Origin: Kiritimatiellia bacterium
Lineage (GTDB): Bacteria > Verrucomicrobiota > Kiritimatiellia > RFP12 > UBA1067
DNA length: 64,000 nucleotides
Reading direction: 5' to 3'
Assembly: GCA_045636065.1 (NCBI GenBank)
Contig: JAZTWW010000043.1
Location: forward strand, 3,085-67,084
Under the pieces are notes generated by a model, which saw nothing but the letters and a program-made list of their open reading frames with translations, ran no database searches and was not told the origin of the DNA. The position numbers were made by a program, and so were the translations under genes. Below are positions 29,600-37,890 of this stretch, in pieces (within the stretch, counting starts at the first letter, position 1; each line of letters starts with the position of its first letter).

Positions 29600-32365
29600 A
29601 TGGCCAAGCTAGACATCAACGGATACAACGCGACGTTCAGGACGTTCGTGGAGTTCGCCGAGAAGACGCAGCGGGACGGATACGATTCCGCGTGCGCCAA
29701 GGCCACGCTTGCGGGCAAGCGGATCACCGTCTCCGCGCTGAGCCTGCACGAGACGAGCTACGTTCTGCGCAAGACAGGCGAAAAGACCGTCAACGACTCG
29801 ACGCGCGCGATCTTCCGGAACGCCGTCACCGAAATGTTCGGCGGCGAGGCGAATATCCCGGAGTCGGTGAAGAAGGCGATGCTGCTCGGCGACTACGGCG
29901 ACGGCAAGCCTCTCACGGCGCGGCGCATCATGGCGGTGAAGGACGCCATCGATGCAGAGGACTCCATGCGCGGGAAAGGCGTATCGCAGTTCGCGAATCC
30001 CGCGACGCGCGAGGCCGCGCTTGCCAAGGGCTACCATCCGTCGGAACTCGGACGGCTCGCCAACGCCGTTAACTACTACATGAAGGCGACGGGCGCGTCG
30101 GAGGAGATGGCGCTCGAAGTCGTCTCCACGCCCGGCACGCGGGCGAACCTTCTCATGGACTGCGGCGGCAGGTTCCTCAAGAGCGCGGAGGCGTTCGCCG
30201 AGGGGCTTGAAACGGACGACCTTCCCGCAGACATGCAAAACGCCCCCGCGGCGGACGTGGACCCGGAGGTCAAGACCTTGTGCGGCAGCGTCCATGCGCG
30301 GCAGATCGCCAAGGTCATGAAGATGATTAAGGAGACCGGCCCGGAAGATATCGCTGACAAACTTGCGGCTTGCGGCATAGATGGTGGACAACTGCCCGCG
30401 GACTACACGCTCGCCAGGAACGAAGCGACTGGCGATGTCTTCATCCGCTATATGAGCCCGAAGGAGCTGAAGTTCAGTTTCGAGTGGTCCGCAACCGTCA
30501 AGCTGGACGGATCCGTCGTCGTCGCGCCGTTCCAGTTTACGGACGAGAACGCGCTCGCGGAGAAGACGGAAGACGCTGTGGCGAAGCTCAACCAGGGTCT
30601 GCGCGGCCACATGAAGAACGGCGGTGCTCGGGGCGTCAGCGACGAGGCTTGCGCCGCGGCCGCGCGCAGGCTCGTGGACCTCGCGAAGGACGATCCCGGG
30701 CTCCTGCAGCTTCTCCAGGAGAACAACGGCAAGGCCGCGAGGTACATACTCGCGGAGTCCGCGTTCAAGTTCCGCACGGACGAGGAGATCGCGAACCGCC
30801 TCAACGCCCTGCGCGCCAACGTCGAGGAGCTCCGCATGGTCACGAACGGCGACGCTGGCATGTTCAAGCTCGCCGTCAAGATGCTCGCCGGACTCGAGGG
30901 CAAGCCGCTCGCCGCCGGAAAGCTGTCGCGGCTCTTCGACGCCGTAGGCAAGCTCGACCTCTCGCCGCTGACGGCAAAAGCCGGTTCCACTCGCGCGGGG
31001 GCGCATCTCTCGGCTCTCAACGACATCAAGACCCTGCTGCACGACGTCATCCGCGAGTCGGGCGCGTATCGCGACATGGACGTGGGCCGGGACGCGGAGG
31101 TGTGCGTAAACAGCCTCGCGTTCGCGGCGATCTGCCGGCGGCTCGACGAAGGCACCCTCCGCTGGCTGCGCGACGGGCTGCGTTCCGCAGAAGGCGTCAA
31201 GGTCGTCGAGGCGGTGCGTCTGACCGCCATGGAAATTGTGAACGACCCGGAGGCGGGCCCTGAAGCGAATGAAGACGCCAAGACGGTTGCCAGGGATCTC
31301 ATGGGTCTGGTGGACAATGTCTTTGACCATGTTCTGGACTTCGCGCTCGGGATCGAGAACCCCGAGCCGCGCCCGGAGCTCCAAGGCCAGCTCGCGGATG
31401 AGGAGATCCGATCTGTCTTCGACCTTCTCGTGGAATTCGCGGCGAAGGAGCGGCCTGCGGGATTCCGCGAGGCCCGTGAAAACGCGCAGCCCGCCTACAG
31501 CCATTTCGACCATGCCGTCCTTGACCGGACGATAGCAAGCGCGCTTGACGCGGTGAGCGGCGACGCCGATGCGGCAAAGCTCGTCGCGCGGCACATGGAG
31601 CTGCTGCTCGTGCGTCCCAACACAACGCTGCGGTCTGTTGACGAGGTGTGCGAGAAGGCGCGCGCCATCCTTGCGAACGTGAAGGAGCTGCGCGAAGCCG
31701 CGAAGGGGGACGAAGGCGTGTTCAAGGCGGGGATCGATTTGCTCGAAAAGCTTGACGGCAAGAGCCTACCGCCCGGGTGGTTCGTGCGCGTTCTGGCGGA
31801 CGTCAAGAAGCTCTCCGTGGACGGATTGAAGAACGTCCGGCCGGGATGCGGCGCGCTCAAGATGCACCGTGCCTTCACATCCTTCGTGGATTCCACCCAG
31901 TCCGTCATCGACGGCACGGACGCCGGCGGACTGCAGAACGAGCGCATCTACCTGGTGCCGATCAAGTCATTCATCGGCACGCTGGTGCTGGCGAAGTGCG
32001 GCCAGCGGAACATGCAGTCTCTTTCGGAGGCGCTGCACGGCGCGGACGGCGGGCAACTCCTGCAGACCTACCGCGATTTCGAGAACGGGGACTATATGCA
32101 ATACGACCTGCACGGCGACGACCCGGGCATGACGAACATGCGGATGGGTGTTCTGGCAACCGACCGCATCAAACAGCTCGAGCGGTTCGACATCCTCGTC
32201 GCCATGGCCGCCGGACAGAACATGGAGAACTACGAGATGATCGACGAGGAAATGTTCGAAAAGGATGTCGAACACCCGGGCTACAGCCAGGCCGTCGTCG
32301 ATGCGGTCGGCCGCGATTTCGAGGATACCGTCCGGGCGAACCCGGATGCATACGGACCGCAGTAA
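29600..32365 (+). CDS. Candidate type III effector: FxxFVxFA module, mosaic of shared domains with an internal repeat
   Basis: FRTFVEFAEK...GKPLTARRI. Carries the GY.P.EL.RL...GGRF and YTL..N..TG..IRY modules. Repeat R...E.......ANV.ELR....GD...FK......L.GK.L..G occurs twice. Confidence 0.65.
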   Translation: MAKLDINGYNATFRTFVEFAEKTQRDGYDSACAKATLAGKRITVSALSLHETSYVLRKTGEKTVNDSTRAIFRNAVTEMFGGEANIPESVKKAMLLGDYGDGKPLTARRIMAVKDAIDAEDSMRGKGVSQFANPATREAALAKGYHPSELGRLANAVNYYMKATGASEEMALEVVSTPGTRANLLMDCGGRFLKSAEAFAEGLETDDLPADMQNAPAADVDPEVKTLCGSVHARQIAKVMKMIKETGPEDIADKLAACGIDGGQLPADYTLARNEATGDVFIRYMSPKELKFSFEWSATVKLDGSVVVAPFQFTDENALAEKTEDAVAKLNQGLRGHMKNGGARGVSDEACAAAARRLVDLAKDDPGLLQLLQENNGKAARYILAESAFKFRTDEEIANRLNALRANVEELRMVTNGDAGMFKLAVKMLAGLEGKPLAAGKLSRLFDAVGKLDLSPLTAKAGSTRAGAHLSALNDIKTLLHDVIRESGAYRDMDVGRDAEVCVNSLAFAAICRRLDEGTLRWLRDGLRSAEGVKVVEAVRLTAMEIVNDPEAGPEANEDAKTVARDLMGLVDNVFDHVLDFALGIENPEPRPELQGQLADEEIRSVFDLLVEFAAKERPAGFREARENAQPAYSHFDHAVLDRTIASALDAVSGDADAAKLVARHMELLLVRPNTTLRSVDEVCEKARAILANVKELREAAKGDEGVFKAGIDLLEKLDGKSLPPGWFVRVLADVKKLSVDGLKNVRPGCGALKMHRAFTSFVDSTQSVIDGTDAGGLQNERIYLVPIKSFIGTLVLAKCGQRNMQSLSEALHGADGGQLLQTYRDFENGDYMQYDLHGDDPGMTNMRMGVLATDRIKQLERFDILVAMAAGQNMENYEMIDEEMFEKDVEHPGYSQAVVDAVGRDFEDTVRANPDAYGPQ

Positions 32366-32390
32366 GAAATTAAAAAAAGGAGAAAAGACC

Positions 32391-32576
32391 ATGGCAATAC
32401 AATTCGACCTGAATGCGCTGAGCAGGTTCTCGAACGTCAATTTCGGCAAGGATAAATCCATCGTGAACCTTGGCACCGACAAGGAGACCCTCGTCAAGAA
32501 CAACGAGCTCGAAGGCATCGACGACGACGAGATCGACGGCAACCTGAACATCGACGCGATCGAGGGCGGGGCGTGA
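32391..32576 (+). pseudogene. Collapsed MAIQF mini-gene (61 aa)
   Basis: AGGAG RBS. MAIQFDLNALSRFSNVNFG is identical to 27877. Acidic tail GNLNIDAIEGGA resembles the 27877 C-terminus GAIDINAI. Confidence 0.7.
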
Positions 32577-32695
32577 CCGCTCCTCGTGCGTCGCGTGGAC
32601 AAGGGTCGAGCCCGTAGCTGTCGACGAGGTTTGACTTGTTCCGCACTTTCGACGGGAAATCTGGTATAATTCTTTCATCCGCAGGAGAGACTGAC

Positions 32696-33148
32696 ATGGA
32701 ATACAACGAAAAGAGCGCCGGAAACTCGTTCGAGAAGCTGCTGGCCGAATTCGTCGAGAAGACAGGCGTGAAGACGGACGGGGCAGGTCCGAACAGCATC
32801 GACGTCATCGCGGATGACGTCATGGTGAGTGCGCAGTACCGCCCTGACCGCGACGACTGCGTTATATTCGCGCTGCCCGTCGAGGACCTGGAGCCCGACG
32901 AGCGCATGCTCCGCAGGGCCCTGGAGATAGCCGCGGACGGGGAGGGCACGCACGGACATTTCCTCGGCATGAGGGAGGGGATGCTCGTCCTTTCGTCAGT
33001 CGTGAAGCCCGGGGAGCTCTCCGCCGAAGAGTTCGGGATGCGTCTTCTCGACCTCGCCGCGGCGACGCGCGACGTCGCGGCGGCTCTTCAGCAGGTGCCG
33101 GACGAAAAACCGGCGGACGTCCCGGGCATGGGTTTCATGCAGGTGTAA
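32696..33148 (+). CDS. CesT-like type III secretion chaperone (divergent)
   Basis: 150 aa, acidic. FEKLLAEF, MLRRALEIA..G.GT.G..LG, C-terminus GMGFMQV like its paralogs. TGGTATAAT at 32662-32670 and AGGAG RBS. Confidence 0.7.
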   Translation: MEYNEKSAGNSFEKLLAEFVEKTGVKTDGAGPNSIDVIADDVMVSAQYRPDRDDCVIFALPVEDLEPDERMLRRALEIAADGEGTHGHFLGMREGMLVLSSVVKPGELSAEEFGMRLLDLAAATRDVAAALQQVPDEKPADVPGMGFMQV

Positions 33149-33174
33149 CTTTTTCGTCCGGCGCGTGTATACAG
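33145..33174 (+). promoter_or_regulatory. Island 30-bp motif copy overlapping the chaperone stop (TAA 33146-33148)
   Basis: GTAACTTTTTCGTCCGGCGCGTGTATACAG, upstream of an AAGGAGG RBS and ATG 33197. Confidence 0.65.
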
Positions 33175-33196
33175 TGTGCAAAAGGAGGTTAAAGCA

Positions 33197-34114
33197 ATGA
33201 ACATCTCGTTAGATACTTTGTCCCGGCTCAGTGCAAACAGGACCTACTACCTTTCCGACGAAGGGACCATCGAGAAGACCGGTCTGCTTCAGTGGTTCAA
33301 ATGCGTCACCGGATTGGGCGACGGACGCGCGAAGGCGCAGCGTCTCGCGCAGGCCGTGAAGCAGTCGCTTCTCGCGTCCGCCGGAATCGCCAACGACGCG
33401 ACGCTCAACAGCGACATCGAGCGCTTCAACGGCGCGACCTACTCCCTGTCGGGCGCGTCCCTTAGCGGAATCGCCAACCGCTTCAAGACCGCCCATTCAG
33501 AAGCCATAAATAAAAACGAACTTCACCGCGAGGCGTATGCCATCGCCGAGGAGGCTGCCGATGCCGAGATCAAGGAATGGAGGAAAGGCGAGCGCGTGGT
33601 GAACGACCCGAATAAGCCTGAATCTCTCGGCTACGTCAGGAAGATCGCCCTCTACTCCGTGCAGCACATGATGCAGCAAGCGGCCGAGAACCCCGATCTC
33701 TTGAAGAACAAGGAGGCTTTCAAGCGCAGGATGCGGACTCGCATGTTCCTCACCATCGACGCCATCAACGCGGCGGAGATCGCGCAACGCCAGAGGAGCG
33801 GGTTGGGATTCCCCAAGTCGAGGGTGAACGGGAAGAGCGAGATGGGGTTTGCCCGCTTCGAGTTCGACGAACTCCACTTCCGCGCCGTTCTCGCCGCGCT
33901 GATCACGAAGGACGGTCCTGTGAAAATGGCGGACTTCGTCCAGCGCCTTTCCATTTACCAGGAGGACATCCTCCAGGAGCGCAAGGACGCTCTCCTCAAG
34001 ACAACTCTGGAGCCGCCGAGCGTCCCCTGGAGCGGCTTCGCCTTCGCGGAGTCCGCAGCGCATATCTACAAGGCGATGGAGGACTCGGAATGGCACCGCG
34101 TGTCCGCAGAGTAG
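33197..34114 (+). CDS. Candidate type III effector (305 aa) flanked by two chaperone genes
   Basis: N-terminus MNISLDTL...GTIEKTGLLQWFK...GDGR resembles that of 61682 (MPISVDQL...GGLEDVNRRQRFK...GHAR). Confidence 0.55.
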   Translation: MNISLDTLSRLSANRTYYLSDEGTIEKTGLLQWFKCVTGLGDGRAKAQRLAQAVKQSLLASAGIANDATLNSDIERFNGATYSLSGASLSGIANRFKTAHSEAINKNELHREAYAIAEEAADAEIKEWRKGERVVNDPNKPESLGYVRKIALYSVQHMMQQAAENPDLLKNKEAFKRRMRTRMFLTIDAINAAEIAQRQRSGLGFPKSRVNGKSEMGFARFEFDELHFRAVLAALITKDGPVKMADFVQRLSIYQEDILQERKDALLKTTLEPPSVPWSGFAFAESAAHIYKAMEDSEWHRVSAE

Positions 34115-34226
34115 GCGCACGGCGGAGCTCGCCATGCTCGGCCACGCCCCTGGAATTCACGGGCGAAACACCGAGGCGAATATGATATAATCTCAATGCA
34201 GGCAAGAACAAGAAACGGAAAACGAC

Positions 34227-34670
34227 ATGGAATTCGAAAAGCTCATCTCTGACTTCGCAGAGCGGCACAGCGTCGCGAATCTCGCGGCGGAGAACAACGC
34301 AGCCGCGCTCGAGGTCGACGGAATAGTCGTCACGCTCGTCACGGCGGGGGACGCGCTTTCTGTCTCCGCCGAAATCGGCGAGCCGCCGTCCGACGGCAGG
34401 GCCGAATTCGCTGAGCTGTTGCTCGAGGCGAACCTTCAGTCGGAAGCCTTCTTCGCCAAAGAGTCCGAAAGCGGTGCCTACATCCTCGTGCGCCGCCTCT
34501 CGCTTCTGTCGCTCGACGCCGAATCCTTCGATGCCGCGCTCGAGGCGCTCGTCAATCTGGCGGAGACCTGGCACCGGCTCCTCGCGGACTTCCGTCCCGT
34601 CGCGAAGGCGGCTGCGGAGAATGCCGAGGTTGCCCCGCAATTCGGCGCCACCGGTTTCGTTCAGGTGTAG
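34227..34670 (+). CDS. CesT-like type III secretion chaperone
   Basis: 147 aa, acidic. AEIGEPP, LLLEANL, ALEALVNLAETWHRLL, GFVQV end. TGATATAAT at 34183-34191. Confidence 0.8.
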   Translation: MEFEKLISDFAERHSVANLAAENNAAALEVDGIVVTLVTAGDALSVSAEIGEPPSDGRAEFAELLLEANLQSEAFFAKESESGAYILVRRLSLLSLDAESFDAALEALVNLAETWHRLLADFRPVAKAAAENAEVAPQFGATGFVQV

Positions 34671-34677
34671 GGTGCGC

Positions 34678-34707
34678 TCATGCCGCCGCCGCGCGGCGTG
34701 TAGACGA
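34678..34707 (+). promoter_or_regulatory. Island motif copy with a degenerate left half
   Basis: TCATGCCGCCGCCGCGCGGCGTGTAGACGA; the right 20 bp match the consensus closely. Confidence 0.45.
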
Positions 34708-34746
34708 GTTCGCGAAATTCGTGCAATTCACCGAGGAGAGACATTT

Positions 34747-37449
34747 ATGGGAATGAACATAAACAATGTTTCGATGGACTACTTCCTCCGCGGCGTTGAC
34801 GCCGCGAAGCCCAAGGCCGCGCATCCGGCGGGTGCACCCGTGCAGGGGAACGAAGGCTTGCCAGCCGACGATCCTGGCGCCAAGACCGGCAAGCTGGTGG
34901 TGCACCTCGACGTGCTGCTCCTGAAGGCCGCCAAGGCCTCGACCAACAGCGTCGACGGGAAGACTGTCAAGAAGGTCTTCCAGCGGCTGGTGGACGGCGG
35001 GGCCTTAAGCCGCGACTCGCTCAAGCTCCTCGAGCAGACGGCCACCACCGCCGCGAAGACAATGAAGGCGCTCGACAAGTTCACCGGCCAGCAGCTGGCG
35101 TCCGCCTTCGACGCGCACGGGGATTTCAACGCGGCGACCAAGCCAGGCAAGGCGGTCAGGGCCGCCGTAGAGGCGCAGCAGAACCTCGCCGACCTCCTCG
35201 CGCAGCTCGGGAAGCGCCTTGACGCGCTCGACCGCCACAAGGACGAGGTGCGCGCCAACGTCCCGGAGTTCAACGGCGTGAGGGCGGACATCCGCGACAA
35301 GGTGGAGGACATGCGCGCGCTCTGCGACCGCAGGGCGACGGAGATCGTCAATCTCGCCTACCAGATGAAGGACTTCGCGACGCATCTCGCGTCGCACCGG
35401 CAGAACGCCGACCCCAACGTCGTGGCCATCCTCAAGGCCAAGGTGGACGAGCTGCTGCCGCGCCAGGCGCTGGCCATGCACGGCACGGCCGACGCGCTCG
35501 CTTCGGTCGACGAGGGCGTCGCCGACAGGCTCAGGCCCGTCGCGGAGAAGATCGAGGCCTTCCGCAGCAGCCCGTCCGGTGCCATCACCGCGGCGAAGCT
35601 CGCCGAACTGCAGAGCGACGTCCACACGATGAAGAGCGCCGTCGCGGACATCCGCGAGAACGGCGTCGCGCGGAACGAAGCCGGCGACTCGATGGCGGTG
35701 GCCAAGGACATCGTGGAGGCGCTCGAAAAGGAGGTCGCCAAGGTCGAGGAGCTTTTCAAGACCGCCCGCCGGGACGTCGCGCGGAAGATCTGCGAGAACC
35801 ACATCGAAACCGCGAAGTCGCTCATCTGCACCGACGGCGCCAGCGAGCAGAAATTTGTCGGCAAGCGCCCGCAATTCAGGCTGCTGCGGGAGATGCGCGA
35901 CAGGCTGCTCGAATCCATGGCCGCCTACATGGACGCCGTGCTCGCCATGTACGCCGCGCCCAGCCAGGAGCTCGCCGACAAGATGAACGCGGCGGCAAAC
36001 GCGCTCAGGCAGCGCGCACAGGCGGTGCGCGACGCCGCCGCGAACATACCACGCTCGAAATCAGCCGACGAGCGGGAAATGCAGATGTTGGTCGAGAACT
36101 GCTTCAACGTGAAGCCGATGGTCTCCTCGTTCCTCGGCTCCGGCATGAAGATGTGTCGCGGCGACCGGTTCTTCACCGGTGCGGAGGCGCTCGCGGTGTT
36201 CGAGGGCAGGATCTCCGCCTCGTCGCTCATCGAGGCGCGCGCGCGCGGGCTGAGCGACGCGGACGTGGACCCGGCGAACGAGGACGCGAACATAGTCTCG
36301 GAACGCCGGCTCGGCGCCGGCTCGGCGGGGACGGTCTACGAACTGCAGCGGAGCGACGGCACGAGCGTGGTCTTCAAGGGCGAGGCCGAAAGCCGCACCG
36401 GACTCGCGCACCTCGCGGCTGGCGACGGCCAGAACTACGAAGAATACCAGCAGACGGTGAACCTCAACTTCGCCACGAGGAAGGCCGCCGAGACGCTGGG
36501 CATGGGCGACCTGATCGTCGGCTACTCCGCCGGAGCGCACAAGGGCGTCTTCGGCTTCTACATGGAGAAGGCGAAGGGGATGTCGGCCCGTTCGTTCGAG
36601 AAGGGCCTCTCGTCTCCCTCGCCCGACGCGGGACTCTCCGCCGACCAGATCCGGAGCCTGCCCGCCGCCCAGAAGCTGCGGGTCAAGGCCGACCTCATGC
36701 GCCAGCTCAACCGTCTGCAGTGGCTAGACCTCCTCACCGGCCAGAACGACCGGCACGGAAGCAACTACTTCGTCCACGTTGACCCCAAGACCCTCAAAGT
36801 CACCGTCAAGGGCATCGACAACGACGCCTGCTACTCGCAGATGCGCATCGGCGCGACGAGGTTCGGCTTCGACGAGTCCAGCTCCATGAACTTCAGGAAA
36901 GTGCTCCGGACGCTCGCGGAGGGGGTGAGCAAGGACGACGTCGAGGCCGAGTGCGAGCATATGCTCAAGGACCCTGGCATTGGCAAGGACCAGAAGGGCA
37001 ACTACATCGTGGACGCCGCCAAGATCAAGAACAAGGCGGTCGTCTTCGCGCTGATGAAGGTCCGCGGGGCCGTGTCGGTCGCCCTCCCGGACAAGATCGA
37101 CCGCGAGACCTACAATGCGCTCATCGCCCTCAAGTCCGGCCCGGCGCGCAAGGCCTACCTCGACATGCTCAAGCAGCGCGTCTCGAAGGGGTGCTGCATC
37201 GCCGCCACCAGCCGCCTCAACGACCTCATCGCCCACGCCGAAAAGCTTGCGAGGGAGAACAAGGTTCTCGACGCCGCCGACTGGCTCAAGGCGCAGGACG
37301 TGCCTCTCGCCTCCGGCGACCTTCCCTACCGGCGGCTGAACGGCAGCATGGTTGAGATCGGGGGCGACGTCGCCAAGCGCGTAAACAGGGGTGTCTGCCC
37401 GTCCTACTTCGCCCGCGACGGCTTCAACAAGCTCTTCCCCGCCACGTAA
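34747..37449 (+). CDS. Candidate type III effector with a PI3K/PI4K-like (DRHxxN) kinase domain after a helical N-terminus
   Basis: GAGGAG RBS before ATG 34747. LGAGSAGTVY, VFKGE, WLDLLTGQNDRHGSNYFV (D at 36748), GIDND (36811). Adjacent to a chaperone gene. Confidence 0.75.
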   Translation: MGMNINNVSMDYFLRGVDAAKPKAAHPAGAPVQGNEGLPADDPGAKTGKLVVHLDVLLLKAAKASTNSVDGKTVKKVFQRLVDGGALSRDSLKLLEQTATTAAKTMKALDKFTGQQLASAFDAHGDFNAATKPGKAVRAAVEAQQNLADLLAQLGKRLDALDRHKDEVRANVPEFNGVRADIRDKVEDMRALCDRRATEIVNLAYQMKDFATHLASHRQNADPNVVAILKAKVDELLPRQALAMHGTADALASVDEGVADRLRPVAEKIEAFRSSPSGAITAAKLAELQSDVHTMKSAVADIRENGVARNEAGDSMAVAKDIVEALEKEVAKVEELFKTARRDVARKICENHIETAKSLICTDGASEQKFVGKRPQFRLLREMRDRLLESMAAYMDAVLAMYAAPSQELADKMNAAANALRQRAQAVRDAAANIPRSKSADEREMQMLVENCFNVKPMVSSFLGSGMKMCRGDRFFTGAEALAVFEGRISASSLIEARARGLSDADVDPANEDANIVSERRLGAGSAGTVYELQRSDGTSVVFKGEAESRTGLAHLAAGDGQNYEEYQQTVNLNFATRKAAETLGMGDLIVGYSAGAHKGVFGFYMEKAKGMSARSFEKGLSSPSPDAGLSADQIRSLPAAQKLRVKADLMRQLNRLQWLDLLTGQNDRHGSNYFVHVDPKTLKVTVKGIDNDACYSQMRIGATRFGFDESSSMNFRKVLRTLAEGVSKDDVEAECEHMLKDPGIGKDQKGNYIVDAAKIKNKAVVFALMKVRGAVSVALPDKIDRETYNALIALKSGPARKAYLDMLKQRVSKGCCIAATSRLNDLIAHAEKLARENKVLDAADWLKAQDVPLASGDLPYRRLNGSMVEIGGDVAKRVNRGVCPSYFARDGFNKLFPAT

Positions 37450-37518
37450 TCCTCGGAAACCGGGGCAGATTCCGCGGAAGGGGCGTGGATTTGGTATACT
37501 ACGTGGCAAGTGGAAGGT

Positions 37519-37577
37519 ATAACCTTTCGCCGCGCGGCGTGTAAACAGGGCAGAAAAATTTCAAACAAAGGAGAAAA
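37519..37577 (+). promoter_or_regulatory. Orphan island motif plus leader and RBS with no gene attached
   Basis: ATAACCTTTCGCCGCGCGGCGTGTAAACAG GGCAGAAAAATTTCAAACAAAGGAGAAAA closely matches 9741-9800, but TACG follows instead of ACCATG. Confidence 0.7.
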
Positions 37578-37812
37578 TACGTTCTATCCCGCGTCAGCGG
37601 GAAGAAGGAATTTTTGATGCGCTGGCCGTAGGAGGTTGATGCCTTTTTCTTCTTCGATTATGGCGGCGGACTTCATCATCGTGAAAGGAGTTTACAGACG
37701 ATGCCATTTCTGAATGGATTTGAAGGCGGAAATATGGTATAATACGAACCGGGAATGAAACTCGGTTTGAAATCGGTAGTTCCGTCGGAGAGCTGCCGCA
37801 GGCAGGGATTGT

Positions 37813-37842
37813 GCAACTTTTCGCCGCGCTGTGTGCAGACGC
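37813..37842 (+). promoter_or_regulatory. Island 30-bp motif copy
   Basis: GCAACTTTTCGCCGCGCTGTGTGCAGACGC, upstream of ATG 37891. Confidence 0.55.
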
Positions 37843-37890
37843 AGCCGAAACGATTTCAGGAATAACGATCTAAGGAAAGGACAAAAGGAA

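Noticed and set aside
34474-34746. ORF-track N-terminal extensions (34474, 11229, 37831, 46130, 32636, 33176, 50464)
   Set aside because: They overlap upstream genes or promoters; RBS position or homology supports starts at 34747, 11286, 37891, 46271, 32696, 33197 and 50488.
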